In this document: piece by piece, positions 47,040-54,618 of the stretch
Layout of the letters: each line of letters begins with the position of its first letter
Numbering within the stretch: position 1 is the first letter of the stretch
Assembly (NCBI GenBank): GCA_025450445.1
Contig: JANWHN010000055.1
Location: 1,325-65,324, forward strand
DNA length: 64,000 bases
Direction of reading: 5' to 3'
DNA from: Anaerolineales bacterium
GTDB lineage: Bacteria > Chloroflexota > Anaerolineae > Anaerolineales > UBA11579
Notes under the pieces: generated by a model
Database searches by the model: none
Seen by the model: the letters and a program-made list of their open reading frames with translations, nothing else
What the model was told of the DNA's origin: nothing
Translations under genes and position numbers: made by a program

Positions 47040-49163
47040 CTACTTGCTTTCGTCGTTGTCGGCTGCGCTCGAGCATTCTCGGTCGCCACCACCGGCTCCG
47101 GCGGTACTAAAGTCGATCCTTCCGTCGCCATCGTTGTCGATACCGTCGCTGCATTGGGCGGTCGCCTGAGTGTTGGCAGGAACGCGTGTCGGTGTGGGGG
47201 TTGCCGTTGGGTACAAGATGTAAGGCAGGTCGCTAGCCGGCACCTCATTCAATGGCCCGAATGGAATGTCGAAGAGGAAAACTGCTGCCCAACAACGATT
47301 GTTGGTAACCGGGCCTCTAAACAGCATCCACATGTTGTCGGGTCCGCGGCCGAGCGGCACATAACCCACTCCCTCAAACAATGTGTCCACGATCTGCGCG
47401 TCGTTGCTATTGCTGCGGCGGCAGTTCGCGTTCTGTTCGGGGAAGACCATCATTGCGGCCGTTGCAGGAGTCGGCGTGCAAGGTACTTGCCCCGCCGCTC
47501 CAGCTACGTTTGGTCCCGCGCACAACGTTGCAGTTGGGGTTGGCGAGCAAGTGATGAAAGTGCCCGTGTTGTCGGGAACGTAACACGGCGTTGCAGTTGG
47601 CGTCGATGTGCAAAGAACCAGGGCTGCGACCACGGCACCATTCACGCACACTGTCGGCGTCATGGTTGCGGTCGGGGTTGGCGTGCAGGTTACCTGCAGC
47701 TGTTGGCCGGGGTTGTTCGGCGCCGTTACAGATGTTGGCGTTCCCGTTGTGGTTGTCGTCGTTGTCACGCTCGGGGTCGTCGTGATGACGCCATAGCAAG
47801 TTGTGGCCGTCACCGTTGGTGTTGCCGTGTAAGTCGGCGTGCAGTTGATCACTGCAAACGGGTAGGGCGCTATGCAGTCAGTCGGCGTGTAGGTTGCCGT
47901 AGGCGTTGGTGTGCAATCTTCAAACTGACCAGCCTGGTTGTAGTAGAAGCACACGGTTGGTGTCGCCGTTTGAGTCAGGGTCGATGTTGATGTGGGCGTA
48001 CAAGTTGGAGCTTGTCCAACAGTTGAATTCGGTGGCAGGCACGGCGTGCCAGTCAGAGTTGGTGTCGGAGTGCAGGTCGCGTCAGGGGTCGACGCATTCG
48101 GGTCAACGCAAGGAGTTGTCACGGGTGGGGTTGGTGTTATGTCATCCGGGGTCGGCGATGGGGTCGGCGTGTCCGTCCGGTCATCTGGCAAGGTCGGAGT
48201 CGCTGTGGTTACTGGCGGCGTTGTCGTTGCGCTTGCTGCGGTGGGCGGCGCCACCGAGGGGTCATTCACACAAAGATCCGGGTCATCACCGGGTTGTCCA
48301 CCCCAGATCGAGGCACAGGTGTTATCCAACTCGTTGATTTCTTGAGATGGGAAGAAAGGTTGCCCTTCGATCGGATCACCAGCTTCAGGATGATCGAACG
48401 TGTCGTGATAATCCGCACCGGATGGGTTGTTGACGCCCTGATCTGTCCATGCCCACCATTTGAAGGTGGGATCATTTAGGATCGAGGAAGCCTTGAACGC
48501 GATCTCAACATGAGCCGGCTTACCTGGGTCGACACGCACCCAGGCCAGGTCAGGGTCGTCGCCTGCGCCCTGATCGAAGATCACGGAGTCAAAGCCATCG
48601 CCCGAGCTGGGTGGATCTGGCACTAGCGGGCGCTCATCGCCGACGTCATTGTCGTCGTCGCCGATGAAGCGCACACCGGCCACACTCCAGTCTTCAAGCG
48701 CTTCTTCGCTAGGGTCGTTAGCTAGGATCAAAACGTCGCCACGGCCATCGATATCCAGATCAATTTCAATTGCGTAGGTTCCGTCTAGTTGCTCAGTCCG
48801 GTCATTTTGGTCGAAGACTGTTAATCGAAAGTAGAACCATTCACCATCCTCACCCAACTCGGCAGACATAATGTCTAGGTCGGGGAAGAAGCGGTCCTGG
48901 CTTTCTGCGTTGAACGGACGCTCGTATCGGTTGATCTGCCAGCTATCGCAGCCACCGTCGGGCTGGATCGGCCCGTCGCTGCTGTAATCGGCTGGCAGTG
49001 CATCACCTGTGTTGCAGTCCCAGATGAGCTGCTCATAGACTGGGCTTCCCGGGCGACCGAAATGGTCGACCGTGGGCGCGGCGTTGCCGCCCGGGCCGCA
49101 GGCTGCAGCCAGCAGGCCGAGCAGCAAAAACAGATTGGCGTTCAGTAAAATTTTCTTTCTCAT
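47040..49163 (-). CDS. Large lipoprotein: acidic N-terminal domain, Cys-loop/TPTPT linker array, SH3b-like module, Cys-flanked DxDxD motif
   Basis: Lipobox LLAAAC after a signal peptide, GAGGAG Shine-Dalgarno, and a domain order visible in the translation. Confidence 0.75.
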   Translation of the reverse strand: MRKKILLNANLFLLLGLLAAACGPGGNAAPTVDHFGRPGSPVYEQLIWDCNTGDALPADYSSDGPIQPDGGCDSWQINRYERPFNAESQDRFFPDLDIMSAELGEDGEWFYFRLTVFDQNDRTEQLDGTYAIEIDLDIDGRGDVLILANDPSEEALEDWSVAGVRFIGDDDNDVGDERPLVPDPPSSGDGFDSVIFDQGAGDDPDLAWVRVDPGKPAHVEIAFKASSILNDPTFKWWAWTDQGVNNPSGADYHDTFDHPEAGDPIEGQPFFPSQEINELDNTCASIWGGQPGDDPDLCVNDPSVAPPTAASATTTPPVTTATPTLPDDRTDTPTPSPTPDDITPTPPVTTPCVDPNASTPDATCTPTPTLTGTPCLPPNSTVGQAPTCTPTSTSTLTQTATPTVCFYYNQAGQFEDCTPTPTATYTPTDCIAPYPFAVINCTPTYTATPTVTATTCYGVITTTPSVTTTTTTTGTPTSVTAPNNPGQQLQVTCTPTPTATMTPTVCVNGAVVAALVLCTSTPTATPCYVPDNTGTFITCSPTPTATLCAGPNVAGAAGQVPCTPTPATAAMMVFPEQNANCRRSNSNDAQIVDTLFEGVGYVPLGRGPDNMWMLFRGPVTNNRCWAAVFLFDIPFGPLNEVPASDLPYILYPTATPTPTRVPANTQATAQCSDGIDNDGDGRIDFSTAGAGGGDRECSSAADNDESK
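47454..48251 (-). repeat. Coding repeat array: 10-13 residue Cys-bounded loops alternating with TPTPT-type linkers
   Basis: Residues about 305-570 of the lipoprotein, for example C-VDPNASTPDAT-C-TPTPTLTGTP-C-LPPNSTVGQAPT-C-TPTSTS... Confidence 0.7.
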
Positions 49164-49251
49164 TTCGATCTCCTCTTTCTAGCTTGTCTCTTTTATTAGA
49201 TGAGCAAAAGCCTAGTTTGCTTCATTTTGCCCAGGCGTATTTGCTCGCTGC

Positions 49252-50139
49252 TTATCGATTAAGTTCATCATCATCTTGCGCGTTGCGGCATTGTGGGTCT
49301 CGAAGATCGGTGTACTTATCATTGTCATTATCAACCCCGTCATTGCATTCAGGTAACGAAGGTGCGATGGTCTCGCTGGGCTCTGGCGTAAAGGTCAGGG
49401 TAGGCGAGGGAGTCGGGGTGGGTGGATAGTTGACGAACGGCAACAAAGTTTCCGAGACCTGTTCGATTTGCACCGGGTCGTCATTGATCAAGAGGGTCAG
49501 GTTTTCGAGGAAAACCCAGCAGTTGGTTTGGAACGATGGCCCCTCAAATAGCACCCAGAGATTGTCAAAGCCGCGCCCGATCGGGGAGTACTCTTCGCCC
49601 GCAAATAGTGTGTCCGCAATCTCGAACACGGACCCGTTGCCTTCGCGGCAGTTGGCATTTTGCAGTGGGATAGCCGTCAGGATCTGCACAGCGACGGTCT
49701 CGCTGGGAATGACGGCTGGAACCAAGGTAGACGTCGCAGTTGACGTAGCGGTTGGCGTATCCGTGGCAGTCGGCTCGGCCTTTGCTCCACCTGGGAATAA
49801 TTGCGAAGCTCCAAACAACCCCAGCACGAGCAGAATGAGAATCAGCAGGATCCCCAATCCCCCGAATGGGAAAGAAAATCCACCTGGCTGAAAGCCGGAC
49901 TGTACATTCTTAATCAGTTCGCTTTCACTCGCCTTGGTTAATCCTTTTTGCGGCCACTCCGCTTTCATCGCAGCAGCCAGGGCGCCCTCCAGCCCGGCAA
50001 GCTCCGCGGCGAATGCCCGGCATTCTGCGCAGGTCTTGAGATGGCCTTCCAGAGCGCGTTGCTCGGATGCCTCGAGCAAACCATCGCTGGCTTGCTCGAT
50101 CCATTCGCGTGCCTGAGAATGAGAAAGCTGTGCCATCAT
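49252..50139 (-). CDS. Anti-sigma factor (zf-HC2 N-domain, one TM helix, extracytoplasmic SH3b-like + DxDxD module)
   Basis: HLKTCAECRAF (Hx3Cx2C) and the TM helix GILLILILLVLGLFG. ATGA overlap with the sigma gene. Confidence 0.75.
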   Translation of the reverse strand: MMAQLSHSQAREWIEQASDGLLEASEQRALEGHLKTCAECRAFAAELAGLEGALAAAMKAEWPQKGLTKASESELIKNVQSGFQPGGFSFPFGGLGILLILILLVLGLFGASQLFPGGAKAEPTATDTPTATSTATSTLVPAVIPSETVAVQILTAIPLQNANCREGNGSVFEIADTLFAGEEYSPIGRGFDNLWVLFEGPSFQTNCWVFLENLTLLINDDPVQIEQVSETLLPFVNYPPTPTPSPTLTFTPEPSETIAPSLPECNDGVDNDNDKYTDLRDPQCRNAQDDDELNR

Positions 50140-50696
50140 GTGGTCCTGTTTATGCCCTGCGTTCGTTTCAAATCGCCGCCCAAACGCTCCCGGGCGATCG
50201 AGAGCCGAGAATGGATCGTGCCCACGTTGACTCCAAGCGTCTCGGCGATCTCTTGGGTCGAAAGGTCGTGGTAGTAGCGCAAAATAATTGGCAGGCGGTG
50301 TTTTTCGTCAAGGTTGTTGATCGCCTGCAAAAGAGCTTGCGACTTTTCTGTTTCCATAAATTCGCGTTCAGGGTTTTGTTTGCCTGTCCCGTGACTGATT
50401 GATGGGTCAGCCAAAGTATTGGTGAGCACGGTTCGGCGTTTGCGTTGGCGCAGATAATGTCGGCTCGTATTGATCGCGATCGAGAAGAGCCATGTGTGAA
50501 ACGCGCTGTCACCCCGATAATTTTTGAGGGCCTTTAGAGCGGCGATAAAGCTTTCTTGAGTGGCGTCTTCCGCATCGGCTGCATCGTCCAGGATCGATAG
50601 GCAAAGTCGGAAAATCCTTGCTTGATGCTCATGAACAAGGTCTTCAATGGCTTTCGGGTCGCCAGAGCGACATTTAGCGAGTTGGTCTTTGTCCAA
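50136..50696 (-). CDS. ECF-type RNA polymerase sigma-70 family factor
   Basis: Region 2 (DATQESFIAALKAL..F.TWLFSIAIN) and region 4 (LSTQEIAETLGVNVGTIHSRLSIAR). TTG start. Confidence 0.9.
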   Translation of the reverse strand: MDKDQLAKCRSGDPKAIEDLVHEHQARIFRLCLSILDDAADAEDATQESFIAALKALKNYRGDSAFHTWLFSIAINTSRHYLRQRKRRTVLTNTLADPSISHGTGKQNPEREFMETEKSQALLQAINNLDEKHRLPIILRYYHDLSTQEIAETLGVNVGTIHSRLSIARERLGGDLKRTQGINRTT

Positions 50697-50820
50697 GTCT
50701 TGGTTCTAGCCGATTAGATGGGCCTTGGTATGGTTTGCTTCATTTCCCATGTCTTTCGAATAGCGGCATTATCGCGCTGATTAATTGGGAAGGGGATTAT
50801 TGGTCAAAAATCAAGGTACA

Positions 50821-50849
50821 AAAATGCCGCCCAATTGGGCGGCATTTTG
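50821..50849. terminator. Bidirectional intrinsic terminator ending the tRNA operon
   Basis: AAAA, stem TGCCGCCC/GGGCGGCA, then TTTT. Confidence 0.7.
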
Positions 50850-50855
50850 TTTCAG

Positions 50856-50928
50856 CGCTCTCGCCGCGACTCGAACGCGGGACCCTTTGCTCCGCAAGCA
50901 AATGCTCTATCCACTGAGCTACGAGAGC
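50856..50928 (-). tRNA. tRNA-Arg (anticodon GCG)
   Basis: Reverse complement GCTCTCG-TA-GCTC-AGTGGATA-GAGC-A-TTTGC-TTGCGGA-GCAAA-GGGTC-CCGCG-TTCGAGT-CGCGG-CGAGAGC-G. Confidence 0.85.
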
Positions 50929-50982
50929 TTGCGAGCCGCTATGCGGCTCGCGTTGGAGTTTCGTGATTTTCGAAACTCCAAC
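50929..50982 (-). repeat. Two-hairpin element, copy C, directly abutting the 5' end of tRNA-Arg
   Basis: Minus strand: TTGGAGTTTCG-aaaatca-CGAAACTCCAA followed by CGCGAGCCGC-ata-GCGGCTCGCA. Confidence 0.6.
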
Positions 50983-51020
50983 GATCTGAATTGTAACCAG
51001 CGAGGGTTATAAATTCAAGG

Positions 51021-51112
51021 CGGGGAGGGAGGGATTCGAACCCTCGTCCGAGGAAAACCCCCGGAACCCACTTAGCAGGCGGGCGCACTAGACCGGGCTA
51101 TGCGACCTCCCC
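51021..51112 (-). tRNA. tRNA-Ser (anticodon GCU), type II
   Basis: Acceptor GGGGAGG/CCTCCCC, anticodon stem-loop CCCGC-CTGCTAA-GTGGG, long variable arm, T-loop TTCGAAT. Confidence 0.9.
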
Positions 51113-51139
51113 GAGTTAACGGTGCTTGATTGTATTACA

Positions 51140-51227
<88 letters not shown>

Positions 51228-51403
51228 AGGTTGATTCCCTTCCTGAAAAAATTTTACCATCCCCTGAGTAAATTTTGAGAGACCCACCTGGCTATCTCAG
51301 CGTTCGCGATGTGCCGAGCGTATAATAGTTGAGTTCATTTTAAGTGTATCGTCGCCCACAGGCGCGTGTTAACCCAATACAGAAGAATTTAGGAGCTGCC
51401 CGC

Positions 51404-52588
51404 ATGTCTAAACCGCTCGCCTGGGTTGGCGAGGAACTCCAAAGCCTAAAAGAAGCCGGGCTATATAACAATATCCGCACAATCGGCTCGCCGCAGGGCG
51501 CTTGGCTGCAGGTCGATGGTCAGCGTGTGCTCAACTTTTGCTCGAACAATTATCTTGGGCTAGCGAATCATCCGCGCTTATTGCAGGCTGCGCAGAAGGC
51601 GATGGACGAATTTGGCATGGGTCCCGCCGCCGTGCGCAGCATCGCTGGCACTATGGACCTGCATTTCGAGCTGGACCGACGTATAGCGGCCTTCAAAGGC
51701 GTCGAAGCGGCGGTTACTTTTCAATCGGGCTTTACCGCCAACTTGGGTGTAATCCCAGCGCTCGTCGGCAAGGAAGACGTCATTTTCTCAGATGAGCTCA
51801 ACCACGCCAGCATAATTGATGGTAGCCGCCTCTCTGGCGCCAGCATTGTCCGCTACGCCCACTGCGACGCCGGCGACTTGCGCATGCAGCTCGCTTCCGA
51901 GCGCAGCAAGTATCGCCGCGCGCTGGTAATTACTGATGGTGTCTTTAGCATGGACGGAGACGTTGCCCCGTTAGCAGACATATATGAAGAAACCCACTCT
52001 GCTGAAGCGCTGCTCATGGTGGACGATGCCCACGGCGAAGGGGTCCTGGGCAAAGGTGGCAGAGGCATCGTGGACCATTTCGAGTTGCACGGCAAGGTGG
52101 ATGTCGAGGTCGGGACATTTTCCAAAGCTTTCGGTGTGGTCGGCGGAGTAGCCGCAGGTGACGCCAAAATTGTGGAATGGCTGCGACAGCGCGGCCGGCC
52201 ATTCTTGTTCTCGTCAGCAATGACCGCCCCCGATGTCGGCGCGTGCATTGCGGCGATCGATCTTCTCGAAGAATCGACCAAGCTGGTCGAAAGGTTATGG
52301 ACAAACACGGAATTTTTTAAAAAGGAATTGAAAACGATGGGCTTTGACACTGCCCACAGCACGACGCCAATCACACCGGTGATGCTGGGCGACGCAAAGC
52401 TCGCACAAGATTTCAGCCGCGAATTATTTGAGGCTGGTGTATTTGCAATGGCCATCAAATTTCCTACAGTAGCGCGCGATAAAGCGCGGATCCGGGTAAT
52501 GATTTCTGCCGCCCATTCCACGGATGACCTCGAACAAGGCTTGCATGCGTTCTCTGAGGTCGGGCGCAAGCTTGGAGTGATCCAGTGA
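51404..52588 (+). CDS. kbl: 2-amino-3-ketobutyrate CoA ligase (glycine C-acetyltransferase), AONS family
   Basis: SNNYLGLANHP, SDELNHASIIDG, VITDGVFSMDGD, MVDDAHG, GTFSKAFG. ATG 51404 has an AGGAG Shine-Dalgarno; the track start at 51344 is a GTG without one. Confidence 0.9.
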   Translation: MSKPLAWVGEELQSLKEAGLYNNIRTIGSPQGAWLQVDGQRVLNFCSNNYLGLANHPRLLQAAQKAMDEFGMGPAAVRSIAGTMDLHFELDRRIAAFKGVEAAVTFQSGFTANLGVIPALVGKEDVIFSDELNHASIIDGSRLSGASIVRYAHCDAGDLRMQLASERSKYRRALVITDGVFSMDGDVAPLADIYEETHSAEALLMVDDAHGEGVLGKGGRGIVDHFELHGKVDVEVGTFSKAFGVVGGVAAGDAKIVEWLRQRGRPFLFSSAMTAPDVGACIAAIDLLEESTKLVERLWTNTEFFKKELKTMGFDTAHSTTPITPVMLGDAKLAQDFSRELFEAGVFAMAIKFPTVARDKARIRVMISAAHSTDDLEQGLHAFSEVGRKLGVIQ

Positions 52589-53736
52589 GCGGCTGGCCGA
52601 ACAAATTCGTGATCGGACTGACTGGCAACATTGCCACCGGCAAGAGCGTGGTGCGCCGCATGCTCGAACATGCCGGCGCCTTTGGCATTGACGCCGATTC
52701 GCTTTCCCATCGTGCCATCGAACCAAATGCCCCTGGATACAACAAGGCGATTGATGCGTTCGGCAAATATATTTTGAAAGAAAATGGTGAGATCGACCGG
52801 GGAAAATTGGGTCAGATAGTCTTTGCGGATCCTAAAGGCCTCGCGCTTCTTGAAGCTATCGTTCATCCTATTGTCCGCGGCGCAGTAGACCACTTAGCTC
52901 GCAGCAGCAACCATCGTGTGATCGTCATTGAGGCGATCAAATTATTGGAATCGCCTTTGCGCAACCAATGCGACGTTATTTGGGTGGTTACGGCAGACGA
53001 AAATGTGCAATTGGCACGCCTCAAAGCCGGTCGAGGCATGGAGGCGGCCACAGCGCGAGAACGCATGTCCGCCCAATCGTCGCAGGCGGAGAAGGCTGCC
53101 GCGGCAGACACTGTGATCGAGAATGACGGTTCTATTGAAGAAACATGGGAGCAGGTGAAGCGCGCTTGGAAAAAGCTCTTTCCCAAAGCCGCTGGTGAAA
53201 CCGTGCCAACCCACATCCGCGCTGCTTTAACTGGGGAACGGACCAACACACTTCAAGTAATCCGGGCGCGTCCACGGCAGGCAGGGGAAATTGCTGATTT
53301 CATGGCCTCTTCGAATGGGAACCAGGAACGCTTGACCAGCGGCCAAGTGGTCAACAGCTTCGGCGACAAAGCTTTCCTCCTTTTACAAAGCGCGGATGGT
53401 TTGAAAGGCCTTCTGGGTTGGAAGGTTGAAAACCTGGTCGCCCGTGTTGACGAAATCCACCTGCGTAAAGATCTGTCCATCGCTGAGAACATGCCGTTCC
53501 TGATCACCGAGGTTGAAGAAGCCTCGAAGGAATTGCAATGCGAGATCGCATTGCTTTTCGTCAGCCCCGAGTTGGCCGCTCACCGCGATCTTTGGCTAGG
53601 GCTCGGCTATGAGGAGCGCTTGCCACAGGAGTTGACGGTTGGCGCCTGGCAGGAGGCAGCCCTCGAATCAAATCGCAAAGGTTCTGTGATGCTGTTTAAA
53701 CAGTTGCGGGCCGACAGAGTGTTAAGGCCGATCTAG
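52585..53736 (+). CDS. coaE: Dephospho-CoA kinase fused to a C-terminal domain of about 180 aa and unknown function
   Basis: P-loop IGLTGNIATGKS and DADSLSH. The extra domain starts at about residue 200 (LQVIRARPRQAGEIADFM...). Confidence 0.8.
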   Translation: MSGWPNKFVIGLTGNIATGKSVVRRMLEHAGAFGIDADSLSHRAIEPNAPGYNKAIDAFGKYILKENGEIDRGKLGQIVFADPKGLALLEAIVHPIVRGAVDHLARSSNHRVIVIEAIKLLESPLRNQCDVIWVVTADENVQLARLKAGRGMEAATARERMSAQSSQAEKAAAADTVIENDGSIEETWEQVKRAWKKLFPKAAGETVPTHIRAALTGERTNTLQVIRARPRQAGEIADFMASSNGNQERLTSGQVVNSFGDKAFLLLQSADGLKGLLGWKVENLVARVDEIHLRKDLSIAENMPFLITEVEEASKELQCEIALLFVSPELAAHRDLWLGLGYEERLPQELTVGAWQEAALESNRKGSVMLFKQLRADRVLRPI

Positions 53737-53739
53737 CCA

Positions 53740-54618
53740 ATGAGTCAATTCTTCGACGAAATTTCTTTTATCCTCCAGCGTCTAACTATTTCTGGAGTTG
53801 TCGACCTCCTCCTTGTCGCCCTGATTTTCTTCGCGGTGCTAAGTTTCCTGCGCAACACCCGCGCCATGGTCTTGCTGCGCGGGATTTTCCTGCTTTACGT
53901 TTTGATCGCCTTGCTTATCGCCATATTCGATTTGCCGGCTTTCTCCTGGCTGGTGCGCAACTCCGTTCCGGCTATCCTCGTTGCCATCCCGGTCATCTTC
54001 GCCCCTGAGATCCGCCGCGCCCTCGAACGGCTGGGCCGCGCTGGCCAATTCCTGCGCCCAACCAACTCCCAAAAAGAAGAGACCGATGTAATTGCCGCTG
54101 TCACTCAAGCGGCCAATCGATTATCAGAACGCCGGCATGGGGCCCTAATCATCCTGCAACGTCTCGACAGCCTGGAAGAATTTGTGGAAACCGGCGTCCG
54201 TCTGGACGCAGATGTCACTCCCGACTTGCTCTTGCAAGTTTTCTATCCTAATACGCCTCTCCATGACGGGGCTGTGATTGTCGCTGACGCCAAGATTATT
54301 GGAGCTGCGTGCGTGATGCCTTTGTCAGCGACTGGCGTATTGTCAAAGCCGACCGACAGGCAAATGGGCTTGCGCCACCGCGCCGCTCTTGGTACTTCTG
54401 AAATCAGTGATGCCGTAGCGGTTGTTGTTTCTGAGGAGACCGGCGCCATTTCCGTTGCTTTCGGCGGACGCATCATTCAACGCTTGGGCCGGGAGCGATT
54501 GGAAGGCGTGTTACGCGCATTCTACAAGCCGGTTCAAGGTGAAGCAGGAATTGAGCAATTCCTTGCGCGCTATCTGCCCTTCTTGGTCCCGGAACAAAAG
54601 GACGCAACCGAAGTCTAA
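53740..54618 (+). CDS. cdaA: Membrane-bound diadenylate cyclase (DisA_N/DAC domain)
   Basis: Three N-terminal TM helices; HGALIIL, TPLHDGAVIV, RHRAALG, VVVSEETG. Confidence 0.9.
   Translation: MSQFFDEISFILQRLTISGVVDLLLVALIFFAVLSFLRNTRAMVLLRGIFLLYVLIALLIAIFDLPAFSWLVRNSVPAILVAIPVIFAPEIRRALERLGRAGQFLRPTNSQKEETDVIAAVTQAANRLSERRHGALIILQRLDSLEEFVETGVRLDADVTPDLLLQVFYPNTPLHDGAVIVADAKIIGAACVMPLSATGVLSKPTDRQMGLRHRAALGTSEISDAVAVVVSEETGAISVAFGGRIIQRLGRERLEGVLRAFYKPVQGEAGIEQFLARYLPFLVPEQKDATEV

Noticed and set aside
47007-47990. 327-aa plus-strand ORF, Cys/Arg/Gly/Val-rich.
   Set aside because: It is the antisense shadow of the Thr/Pro codon repeats of the lipoprotein gene. It has no Shine-Dalgarno, and it spans the terminator hairpin at about 47000.
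47454-48251. Periodic DNA repeats that could be mistaken for a CRISPR or tandem-repeat array.
   Set aside because: The units are imperfect, of variable length, in frame, and encode TPTPT linkers inside a long ORF. There is no repeat-spacer regularity and there are no cas genes.
50697-50790. ECF-type autoregulatory promoter (GGAAAT ... TCTAAT on the minus strand) upstream of the sigma gene.
   Set aside because: The spacing between the candidate -35 and -10 elements is about 23 nt, too long for known ECF promoters. I cannot define the motif from a single instance.
51853-52893. 346-aa minus-strand ORF opposite kbl and coaE.
   Set aside because: Kbl on the plus strand matches the AONS/KBL family along its whole length. 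The antisense product has no motifs and crosses a gene boundary.
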